Assembly (NCBI RefSeq): GCF_009834535.1
Contig: NC_045697.1
Span: 53,570,001-53,634,000 of the forward strand
Length of the DNA: 64,000 nucleotides
Source of the DNA: Camelus ferus
Taxonomy: Eukaryota
Direction of reading: 5' to 3'
Position 1 is the first letter of the stretch. The number at the start of each line of letters is the position of its first letter. A program made the translations under genes and the position numbers. Positions 1 to 11,815 of the stretch are shown here, in pieces. The notes beneath the pieces are model-generated. The model searched no databases and was not told the origin of the DNA. It worked only from the letters and a program-made list of their open reading frames with translations.

Positions 1-47
1 GCCCTCTCTTTTAAAATAAACAGAGAACAGAAAGGATCACTTGATTC

Positions 48-587
48 TGTAGGCGGACAAAACTTGCCACCTCAAACTGTGTCTTTGGCTTGAGGATTAT
101 TTGGGGCTGATTGTTTTTTTAGAATCAAAAGGTTCTGGAAGTCTTTCTTTTTACCCCTCCCTTAACTGCCTAAAATATTTTAGATAAAAGCCCTGGTCCA
201 GGAAGAGCCCTCTCACCACAGATACCTACAAAGAACATGGGCTACTGTCAATGGAAACTCAACAGGGCCTGGAGGCCAACGTCCACTCCTGGTCCCATTG
301 TCTCTGTGTGGCACCGAAAACACTTGTTTACCAAATACTGTTTCTCCACCTCTGTGCGAATTGCCTTCCTCCCCTTCGAAGTCCCCAACCCTACTCACTT
401 CTCCTTCTCTCAGATGGCATATAAGCCTCAACTGCCCAACCTGTCCTTGGGCCTCATAGTCTTATGGAACCCCGTACATCATTAAATTTAGTTTTTCTCC
501 TGTTCGTCTGTCTCATGTCAGTTTAATTCTTAGACAAGTTGGAAAAACCTAGAAAAGTTAGAGGGAAAGTTTTGTCCCTCCCTCACA
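48..587 (+). mobile_element. Solo LTR, class I (ERV1, MER34-like), 540 bp
   Basis: TG...CA termini, perfect 4-bp TSD ATTC (44-47 and 588-591), TATAAG at 420-425, ATTAAA at 481-486. Subfamily name from memory. Confidence 0.85.
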
Positions 588-3338
588 ATTCAAAATATAA
601 GAACAATATTCAAATTCGTGCACATTTTCTATGGCTGATCTATTTTTCACTCATGGTACCTATATATTGATGTTTCACAGGCATGCGTTTTTAAAATTAT
701 TTTCTGACCTCTTTGGTTATGTTTAAGATGCCATTATCAAATGTTCACAATAGGAAATGTCATGTTTTCTAATTTTTACTACTATAAAATGTATCTCAAG
801 TATTCGATTTAAAAAGTGGAATATAGAAGAAAGAATACTTATGAATTACTAGTATTGTGACTTTCAGATTATTTAAACCTCTCTTGATCTTTTTTTCTCA
901 CATACAAAATGATGGAGTTGGATAAGCTGGACTTGTACTGTCTCCAGAATGAAAACAATATCAGAATTCTGTTACGCAAAACTTATTCAAAATAGCTGTT
1001 AGTGAATTCATAAAGCAAACAAATATGTGATCCTTTTAAATTAGTGAACTTCATTTTGTCCTGAAATTGGGCTTATTTGGCAGGAGCTATTATTTTTTCA
1101 CTGATAGAAATTTAAATCTAAGTTTATACCTACATATGTCTCCAAATATTTATTTTCTATCTCTTTATAATTTTTGAATTTGCAATTATGAAACATTTCA
1201 GGAAACCAAAGAATAAATCTAAAGGACATCTACACTGATGTCAATGGGATTAAACACCTTAACATCCAAGAATAATTTGAAAACAAAAAGACATGTACAT
1301 CAGCTATTCATTAGTTCTATTATCTCCTATTGTTCTTTACTAAATTAGATAATTATGTTGTTTTCCTGAAGAGATCACTTAACAGTGGAAAGTTGATTCC
1401 TTGAACTCTTGAATGATTTTTTTTTTTTTTTTAATTCAGGGTAATTTAGGGCTGCCTACATGCATTTGATTCTGGAATATATATTGACAAGTTTTAAGTG
1501 CTAACATAGATATTGCTAGTGGGTAATTTCTTTTAAATCATTATATTATTTTTAAAAGGACTTCAATAATTAGACAGATCCCAGTATTTTATAGATAAAC
1601 TTTGGTTATCCCTTTTATGTTGTGTTTTGTCACCTTTTAATAAGGAGGTCATGATGACAACAGTTTTCTTTACGAAGATATTTCTTCACTAGGCCTGTTT
1701 TAATGGCCGTCAAGATGATTCCTACTGTCCGTTTACTGCTTTGTTTCAAAACCTAATTAATTTTAAAGGTACTGCCTCTGTACCAAATTGAGGCTAGCTC
1801 TTGGAAGGATACAAATACAATCATTCTAAAAGCATCACTTCTCTCTCCCCTCTTTCCCTTTCTCTGCCTTCCGGGTTCTTTTGTTACTCAAGGGCCTGAA
1901 ATTGCACAATTCAAGAGCAACAGAGTAAGAAGAGAAAAACTGCTACTTAATTTCCATTCTCAGTTCCTGGCTTCTATCCTTTTAATCTCTTTATTTGTTC
2001 TTATTTTCTCTTTTCAATGGCAGCCTCTAATAATTTTAACTGTTAAAATATCATCATTATACAGTTGCCCTCGTTTGGACTGACCTTCACTAAGAACCTC
2101 AACTAATAGATACCATTATATCCATGTCTAGCTACTCATTCTGTAGCTAGCCTGCTGATTTACTGATCAAACTTGAGGCAAAGTAATTTAACTGCTAACA
2201 TTACTAAACTCTTGATCTGAGCTAAGCAGTTTGCAAAGCAGCTTTGCAGATATTATTGCTAATCCCCAAGGTAAGGTAACAAATTAGCACTAGTTCTCAT
2301 TTATACATGAGAAAACTAAGGCTAAGAAGATATAGATAATTCACCATCATGAAGCTTGTAAAAGGACAGTTTTTGAATCTGGCTCTTTTGAACTCTGGTG
2401 TCCACCTAATTTAAGCTATTAAATAACTCTGAGTGAAAAATCATGTGGTTCCCCGGGGTGCTGGTCCCTACTTCCTTGATTTGTATATAAAGGTGTCATA
2501 GGGAAAGAAACTGAAAATTTCCCTGTAACAAGGAGACAATGATCGATCTGCTTTATCACAGAAGGAAAGGACTCTCCATCAAATATGTAGTAATTTACTT
2601 TATACCCCAATTAATCTAAAACATCCTGAAGTATTTGAGCAAACTCTTCCAAGTGACACTTTAAAAATTTTTTTTCATAAATATGAGCCATGGGGAAAGA
2701 TAATAATGCTGGTCATTGTGCATAGCCAAAGTTCCTAAAACCTACAAAGATGAGGCATAGCATTGTAAAAAGCTGGCCGTGAGTGGAATAAGGTTAGAAT
2801 TATAGTCCCAGTTGTTCTACTTGTCAAATATGTTTCTGGGTGTGCAATTCAACATTAGTTTCACTGTCCGTGAAATGGAGTGAATCACTTTCACCACACA
2901 AGATTGTGAAAAGGACTGAATTAGACAATGTATGTAAAAATGCCTTGTAATAAAGGCAACCAACTGGAAAGTACCACAAATTTTGACAAAGCAGCTTTGA
3001 CAGTAAGAACTGTTATTTTTCATTTAACAAAATTTTGGGATATACACATTTTGTAAGTCATAGCATCACAGAGAACACAGATATCAGGCTTATAACCTGC
3101 CTGCACTTTTTCTTTAAAATAGGGCCAGATTTCATTTCTTTTGCTGAAATAATTATATTAGTGCATTTAGGAATTTGAACTATATTGTTTTCCTTTCAAA
3201 CTCTAGACCAATGGACCTATGAATGAGTGTAGCTGTCACATTAAATATTATTTTATAATAAAATAAAAATTATCTACCTAAATACACTTCTAAAGTTTCT
3301 TTTCATTTTAAAAGATCTGCAGTAGGAGGGTTTCCATA

Positions 3339-4068
3339 ATGGACATCACCATGCCTAAGAAGTTTTTCCATCTGCTGATTTTTAATTTGATGCTGACTCA
3401 AATTGTTCTAACTGGGAACGTGCTAATTTGGCCAACAGATGGTAGCCATTGGTTAAATATTAAGATCATTTTAGAAGAGTTGAATCAAAGAAATCACAAT
3501 GTGACTGTACTGGCTTCATCAGCTACCATATTCATCAACTCCAGTCCTGATTCTCCTGTGAATTTTGAGGTGATACCTGTTTCCTACAAGAAGAGCAATA
3601 TCGATTCCTTAATTGAACATATGATAATGCTGTGGATACATCACAGACCAACTCCTCTCACACTCTGGGCTTTCTACAAAGAACTAGGAAAACTCCTAGA
3701 GACTTTTTTTCGAATTAATATCCAAATCTGTGATGGAGTATTAAACAACCCCGAGTTAATGGCAAGACTTCAGAAAGGTGGTTTTGATGTGTTGCTGGCT
3801 GACCCGGTAACAATCTGTGGAGACCTGGTTGCTCTGAAATTAGGAATTCCATTTATGTACACGTTGAGGTTCTCTCCAGCCTCAACAGTGGAGAGACACT
3901 GTGGGAAAATCCCAGCACCAGCCTCCTACGTACCGGCAGCCCTTTCCGAGCTCACTGACCAGATGACCTTCAGTGAAAGGGTTAAAAATACCATATCTTA
4001 TCCTCTGCAAGACTATATATTTCAATCCTACTGGGGAGAATGGAATTCATACTACAGCAAAGTTCTAG
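3339..4068 (+). CDS. UGT2A2: UDP-glucuronosyltransferase 2A2, first exon (signal peptide plus aglycone-binding domain)
   Basis: Open frame MDITMPKKFF...GNVLIWPTDGSHWLNIKIILEEL...YYSKVLG closely matches UGT2A2 as recalled. Catalytic His (GSHW) and Asp (ADP) present. 730 nt ending in phase-1 donor CTAG|GTAAGT. Second in-frame ATG at 3351. Confidence 0.95.
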
Positions 4069-4959
4069 GTAAGTCTCGAAAATAGTCTCTCACTAATGAT
4101 TCCAGATACCTTATTTATTCTAATTGTTAGTACAGCAAAATGCCCCCATACCAGTGCATATGCCAAGTTGAAGTAAATATACCTGTATCTCTGTAAACGT
4201 CCTTGAAAATTATCTTTGGACACATTCTTTAAAAAATAGACTGGTGGTGTTAATACATATGCTCTTGTCTCAAAGCAAATAATCTTGCCTATTTAGGTAA
4301 TAGCTTTTCAATGTGGCAATCAATATACAAATATAAATGAAAGCACCTTTACTAGGATAAATTATGACACTGAGAAAAAAATATCTTGGTAAATATTTTA
4401 AAGTGATATCTGGTTTACTTTCCCTTCTTTGTTCTTCATTCTTTCTTTGTCTGAAGAAGCTTTAAGATTGGGCATTGGAAACTTGAATTTATACCCTCCT
4501 CTGCTTCTCAGTCTCTCTCTCTATCCTTAGGCTCCCTTAGGTGCCTGGGCCAGCACTGCCTCCAACTTAATTGCTCAGGGACCGTGGGCAAGCCTCAAGT
4601 TTCCTTGCCTCGCAGACTCCTTATGAGGAGCAAACAAAATAAAGCAAGCTGTCAAGGCCAGTTCTGGTTGGTTGTTGATACTGCTTCTCTTTCTCACTTT
4701 CGTAAGTAGTCCTTAGTTAATTTTTCTATTTTCTTCTCTCCTGAATATATTTTTTCTCTAGATCTATTCGTAGTAGCAGAGATGTTAATTCACAACAGGA
4801 GTTAGTAGTTGATGCTGCCAGTGTTACTTTCTTACAAAGGTAGTATGACAGTTCTTTTGCTCACCTTTCTGCCTTCCTCCGACCCTCCTTCCCTCCCTCT
4901 TTCTGTTTCTTTTCCTTCCTTCCTCCCTCCCTCTCTTCCTTCACTTATTTTCCTCCCAT

Positions 4960-5350
4960 CTTGTGTAGGAAAGTTACCAAATACGAACCAAATACCTCCC
5001 TCTTTTTTAGGCACTGGGAATGCAAGCATTAGCCAAATCCATCAAAATCTCTATCTACCCTCATGGAGCTTACATTCTAGTAAAAAGGAGACAAATGAAT
5101 AAAATAAATATATAAAATATATAATAGGGGGAGAGTGTTAAGCATGTGATATATGCTATATGGTAAAATAAGACCAGATAGTTCTGAGTGTAGGGTTACA
5201 CCTTTAAATAGAGTGGCAAGGGAAGTTTCCAAATGAAAGGATGACATTCAGACAAAGACCTGAGGGCAGTGAGGGTGAGAACCAACAGGATCCCTGGAGG
5301 AAAAGCATTTCAGGTGTAGATAAGAACAAGTGCAAAGACCTGTGTTAAGC
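4960..5350 (-). mobile_element. L2 3' remnant
   Basis: Typical L2 motifs ccctcatggagcttacattctagt and aacaagtgcaaagacc; boundaries approximate. Confidence 0.65.
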
Positions 5351-6013
5351 CATAGAAGCAGGATTTATGCAAGGATTTACAATAAAGATTTATTGCAACT
5401 CGACCTTAATCTAACCTTCCACAAGTAAGATCTCTAATTTTTTTTTCTTTTTTTTTTTGATTTTGGAATACTCTTTAACCAGTGTTCCATCACTTAAACT
5501 TTTAAACATCTTTGTAGAACTGATTTAGAGGGAAGATACTAAACATACCACACGTATAAATGAAACATACAGAAGCTAATTAAAATCTGCACATATCTTT
5601 GAAAATATGGTAGAATTTTGAAGGCAAAATTCAGTGGTTTTGTATTTTTTATCATGTAACGTAACTGTATTTTTTCCTGGATTTCAAATTACATAGGCCT
5701 CAAAAACATACTTAGCTTTAAATGTAGATGTTATTCACATGATTACTCCCCAAGACATCTGAAATATGTGCTATAATAATCATCACTGAGCATATATGTA
5801 TCACACACTAACGACTGCGGGTTTGAATGACATAGCAGTCTATATTTCTTAAATAGGGAGCTGCAAAAAGTAAAATAGTGAAAGTTCTCACAAAGCACAA
5901 GAGATTCTGCGTTCAAGTTCCACTTGCTAATTCTGTGATCTCAGGCAGATAACTTAAACTCCGAGTCACAGTACATCCTTCTCTTTAAAATGGGGTAATT
6001 ATTTCACTGTATT

Positions 6014-6301
6014 ACTATTTTTTAATTGAAGTATAGTCAGTTACAATGTGTCAATTTCTGGTGTACAGCAAAGTGACCCAGTCATGCATATATATATATA
6101 CATATATTTGTTTTCATATTCTTTTTCATTAAAAGTTATTACAAGATATTGGATATGGTTCCCTGTGCTGTACAGAATAATTTTTTTAATCTATTTTTTA
6201 TATATAGTGGTTAACCTTTGCAAATCTCAAACTCCCAAATTTATCCCTTTCCCCCTTAACCATAGATTGTTTATTATGTCTGTGAGTCTGTTTCTGTTTT
6301 G
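6014..6301 (-). mobile_element. 5'-truncated L1 3' end inserted in a MIR
   Basis: ttttttaattgaagtatagtcagttacaatg L1 tail; 14-bp TSD TATTTCACT(G/A)TATT at 6000-6013 and 6302-6315. Confidence 0.8.
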
Positions 6302-7889
6302 TATTTCACTATATTCTCTAGGATGATCATATGACAGTATATGTATGGCTATTCTGTAGCAACTGAGAAGGATTATACTTATGTTGACTGTCATTTACAC
6401 CAAACTACATGAGAACTCTGCAGTGACAATGCCCTAATTATACTACCACAGGGCTCTGGTACATAGAGTAGTCAGTAAATATCTATAGAAAACAAATGAC
6501 CTCTGGGATATACTAAATCTCCTCTCTCAAAGGAAGCCATGACAAATTATATAATGTGTGAAAAAGGCTTTGTGAAACAGAATGTTCCTGATTTCTCATT
6601 TTCACAGAATAATAATCTAGTTTCAGAAATCCCACTTATTAAGAGATTAAATATCTTATTTACTTAAAACCTTTACACTCCTCATGTTACTAAACATAGT
6701 TAGACAACAAATAACTACCTTGAATATTCTATTTCAAATTGAAGTACATTTTCAAGAAGAATTGGTAAAATCCAATCTGTTTTTTGTTTGCAATTACATT
6801 CTTAAAGTATTAGCAACACCTGTTAACCGTAAACTGATACTGAAACAGGGCAGATACCTTGTATTCGATATTATCTTTGAACAAAAGAGATTTCATAACA
6901 TGTCAAATATCTCTGTGTTCCCTTTTCAATAGCTATTCTTCATTTCTGTGAGAAAAATAAATTAGAAAAATAACATTTAACTGTGGTAAAGAAAAAAATA
7001 ACACAGATCTGTTTTCAAGGAAACAGAAGTAAGTAACAAGGAAATATCTAATTGCACTGTTTAAAAATCCTGTTGTATTTATCAATGAGAAAATCGTTTA
7101 TGGATGAAGCAGATAAAAATGATGATCAATTCCATTTTAAATATGCATCTAACTCCTAATGGAACAAGCGTGTCTAGGTATATGCCAGTCATTGTTACTC
7201 ATATCCAGGAGTGACTCTATTCATCTTTCCCTGGCTGATTGTCCTGTGATATCTTCAAATTGCCCTGAGCTGGATCTCTCCCCCAACCTCAGGGAGATCT
7301 GCTGTACATACAGCAAAAGGATAGTTCTCATGTGGGCAGGATTTGGGACCACCCTTTGCTGCAGCTATAGGAAGACCAAGGGCTTGAAAGTTGCAGTGAA
7401 AATAGTTAATTCGGTAAGGAAACTGGATGGCCTCATTTTGCCTGTGTCTTTTGGTTTCCTGGTTTGTCTCCATCTTTCCCAGCACACTGCAGATGAGAAA
7501 AGGAAAGCCCAGTACTAATTTATGTGCAAGTGTAGCCTACTCTTACCTGTCAGTACCACATGGGCTCCATGTTGGTCCCTCTTTCCCAACTGCTAAATTG
7601 TAGATGGATTCCTTAGAACTAAACCTTCCCCTTTCCCGAATTTCCTGGAACTGAGCTGCACTACTCAACATTTTTACATTTGATCCTGGCTACCTTTCTG
7701 GATCTAGTATTTTGTTTATTTGCTTCTTTTTCTGTATCCCACTCCCATTCTAATCCCAATTGCCAACCTCTCATCCTTTTCCCAGAAAACTTGGATCTCT
7801 CTGTTAATCTGTCTCCATGTAAGCTTTTAATTCCTCCTTACATATCACTTTCCTGCAGTCAGTGCTGTGAGATTTCTAAAATTCTGTAT

Positions 7890-8600
7890 AACCTTTCTTT
7901 TGAGATTAAACGTAAATCATAAATTGTACAGCTCATTGCAGTTTTGCGATATAAACCCATCCATGCAAACCAGTACCCAGACCAAAAAGCAAAACATTAT
8001 TACACTCATAACTCCTTACTGTTCTTCATACCAGTCCCTACAACTCCTGTCTGATGGATCGACTTTCTTGACTTCTGACACCACAGATTAAATTGCCTGA
8101 TTTAAACTGTGTAAATGAACCACGCATTATGGCTCTTCTGTATTTTGCACCTTCTGCTTAATGTCATGATGTTTATATTTGTTCAAGTTGTTGCATGCAG
8201 GTATAGTGTGTTCATTCTCATAGCTATACGGAGTCTAATGTATTAATATACATTTTACTTATCCATTCTACTGTTGGTGGACATGCAGACTATCTTGGTT
8301 TTGGCTATTTATGATAAACACTGCTATGAACATTCATGTACACGTCTTTTGGTGAATATATGTGTGCCATACTAGGGGGTGTATACATGAGAGTGGAATT
8401 GCTAAGTTGCAGGGCATGTATATGTTTAGCTTTAGAAGATGCTGCTAAATTCTAGTTTTCCAAGGGCTTGTGCCAGTCAATAATCTCATCAGCCATTTCC
8501 AGCTGTTCTCCATTCTCATCACCAGTTAGTATTTTCTTTTTGTTCTTTTTTTTATTGTAACCATGCTATTGATGTGCAGTGCTATCTCATTATTATTTTT
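7890..8600 (-). mobile_element. Old L1M 3' fragment
   Basis: atccattctactgttggtggacat...ctgctatgaacattcatgtaca...gagtggaattgct L1 antisense motifs; boundaries approximate. Confidence 0.7.
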
Positions 8601-9169
8601 TACTAAGGGCTAATTGACATTTTCTTAAAAATGCTACCTCAGTGCCCTTTATTCTGTACCTTTCTGCTTCTGCTTCAGCTCATTTCAATTTAACTTAATA
8701 CAATTCAATACATTCAGTGATGTAAGACAATCTGCCAGGTATTGTCAGATACATAATCTGACACACCCTTGATCCCCTAAGGGAGCTAGTAGAATGTTTC
8801 AATAATATGCAATTTACACATTAGTAAATTATATATACATTTATAACAACAATCAGATTAGATATAATAAAAGTTGCCTGAAGAAGTACACTCAAAATTT
8901 TACCTTTAGCTTGCATGCATTTTTTCATTACCTATTTATACTTTTACTATTTGTACTTGCTTATTTTACATACATATATATGTTTTCAGATTCTTAAAAA
9001 GGTACATACACAATGTGATTTGTGTTATCAAGTGTATACACCTTTGTAACCAACACATCAATCAACCTCTAGGATCCCTACCTAACATAGCTGCTCTCCA
9101 GACCTTTTCAGATACTTATCAGACTGAATAACCTCACCACTCAGTTTTCATTCCTTTTATTTACATCCG

Positions 9170-11815
9170 TTTTTCTTTTTCTTACTGAAATATAGTTGAT
9201 TAATAATATTATATTAGCTTCAGGTTTATGACACAGTGATTCGAAATATTTATAGATGATATCCCATTTAAAGTTATAAAATAATGGTTTTATTTCCCTG
9301 TGCTGTACAATGTATCCTTATTGCTTATTTATTTTATACATAGTAGGTTATATCTCTTAATCCTCTAACCGTATCTTACCCACTTCCCCCTCCCCACTGG
9401 TAGTCACTAGTTTGTTCTCTGTATCTGTAAGTCTATTCCTGTTTTGTTGAAGATACATTCATTTTATTTTTTTAAATTCCACATATAAGTAATAAATTAG
9501 AGTATTTATTTGCCTTTCTCTGTCTGACATTTCTTGAAGCATAATATCTTCTAGGTCCATTCACGTTCTTGCAAGTGGCAGACTTTCATTCTCTTTTATG
9601 CTTGAGTAATATTTCATTGTATACATACACCACATCTTTTTTATCCATTCATCTGCTGATGGACACTTAGGTCACTTCCATAACTTAGCTATTGTAAATA
9701 ATGCTGCTGTGAACATCAGTATGTATCTTTTTGAGTAAGTATTTTTGTTTTCTTTGAACTTTGGCTTTTTTTTTGGCGGGTTTCTTAATGCATTCTATAA
9801 TTTTTTTTAACTGTAAAAGTAACATCATCTTGTTGTCACTCATGTTCAGTTTGTGATCCATCAAGCATCCACCACTGGTCTAGTTTTCTATTCAGTGATT
9901 CTGCAGCTAATGCCCTTCCTAGATGTACCATCTGTACATCTAAAAGTGAGCGGACTGGACTCCATAGAGGAGGTGTAACCAAGGGAAGAGTGGAGGTGAT
10001 GCCTGTGATCCCAGCAACTCAGCTGCAGAGAACATGGTAGCAGCAGGGAAGCCAGTGCACAGGACTGACTCCTGCCTCCTGGCAGCAAGGCACTTGCAGC
10101 CCCAGCTAACTGGGTGGCAGTAGGAGCTGGGCCTGTGGCTCTGTCCCTCCAGCCATGGAGGAACCCACAACTCCAGCCCCGGCCCCTGCTTTCAGTGGCA
10201 GTGCCTGTGAACCCAGCAACCCCAGGCATAGCAGAGGCACCTGTAACCCCCACTTCACCCCATCTTCCCCCTCTCTCTGTGCAAACCAAGCCCCTCTGAC
10301 ATAGGAGACCCCAGACACAGCAGCAGAAGTGCCCATCATCCTGGAACCTCAGGCAGAGAAGCCAGTGACACCAGCAGCAGCAAGGCTCCAGCGACCCAAG
10401 AGGCACAAGCAGTGCAAGGAGGGCACCAGGCAACAGCTCTGACAGTTAGTGGAGGGTGGAAAATGCCTACTCAAATATAGTAGAGTAAGAGAAACCAAAA
10501 ACTTGTGCTATAGTGTCATCTACTGGAAAACAGTAGAAAGACCTTTAATTTCTAACCAGCCAAATCATTAGAATCAAGTTAAAAAAAATTGCTTAAAGAA
10601 AAAAGGTGTTTGCTATTTCAAATGTGCCAGCAGAGGAACAACTCATCAAGCATCATGAAGAGCCACAGTAACATTGTACCACTAAGAAAATGACTATTCT
10701 CCAGAAACCAAACTTAAAGTCACAGATCTGACAGCTGCAGTTAAAAACCTCAACAAGCTACAAGAAAATTCGGCAAGGCAATTCAGTGAGCTCAGGAATT
10801 AAATTATTAAATTAATTAACAGAAAGAATACTTTACATGGGAGATTTAAACTCTAAAAAGAACCAAACAGAAATTCTGGCACTGAAGAATTCAGTAAGCT
10901 GGAAGTACCACGTACCCTGATTTTGAATTATATCACAAAACTGAAATAATCAAAACAGCATGGAATTGGCTGAAAAACAGATACATAAATCAATGGAACA
11001 GAAGTGAGAGGCCAGAAATAAACCCACACACATATAGACAATTAATTACTGACAAAGGAGCAAAGAACATTCAATGGAGAAAGGATACTCTCTTCAATGA
11101 AGAGTGTTAAAATACTGGACAACTACATGCAAAAAAATAAAACTAAAACACTATCTCACATCATACACAAAAGTCAATTCAAAATGGATTAAAGACTTAT
11201 ATGTAAAACATACTATAAAACTCCTAGAAGGAAACATAGACATACTTTTTTGGCATAGGTATTAAAAATATTTTTCTGGATATGTCTCCTCGGGCAAGGG
11301 AAACAAAAGCAAAAATAAGACAAGTGGGACTACATTAAACTAAAAAGCTTCTGTATAGCAAAGGCAAATGCCAACAAAATGAAAAGACAACTTACATAAT
11401 GGGAAAAGATATTTGCAAATCATATATCTGATAAAGAGTTAATATCCAAAATGTATATAAAGAACTCATGTAACTCAGTAACAACAAAAAAGCAGCCAAA
11501 TTAAAAAATGGGTAGAGAAGCTGAATAGACATACAGATGGCCAACAGGCACATGAAAAGATGCTCAACATTACTAACTATCAAATGCAAATCAAAACCAC
11601 GAGATATCACCCCACACCTGTTAGAATGGCTGTTATCAAAGAGGGAAGAAATAACAAGTGCTGGTGAGGATGTAGAGAAAAGGGAATCCTCATCAACTGT
11701 TAGCAGGAACGTAAATTGGTGCAGCCACCAAGGACAGTATGGTGATTCATCAAAAAATTAAGAATAGAATTACTGCATGATTGAGCCATTCCACTTCTGG
11801 TATTTATCCAAAGAA
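9170..11815. mobile_element. L1 with 5' inversion and internal deletion
   Basis: Minus-strand 3' end at 9170-9757. Plus-strand GC-rich 5'UTR-like block (~9900-10440), ORF1 start (KKNQTEILALKNS at ~10855-10893), then ORF2 C-terminal part (10897-11815). Confidence 0.75.

Noticed and set aside
2450..2459. TCCCCGGGGT, EBF/Olf-1-like palindrome ~890 bp upstream of the UGT2A2 ATG
   Set aside because: Single imperfect short motif with no supporting evidence.
4069..4085. ORF-track extensions past splice sites (for example KSRK, KRLYFSL, and the N-terminal extensions of exons 5 and 6)
   Set aside because: Intronic read-through; canonical GT/AG sites and conserved UGT2 exon sizes define the real boundaries.
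7159..7518. 119-aa ORF as a possible extra first exon
   Set aside because: No UGT motifs or signal peptide, and far shorter than a UGT2 exon 1.
9888..10433. 181-aa and overlapping GC-rich ORFs
   Set aside because: Explained by stop-poor L1 5'UTR-like sequence.
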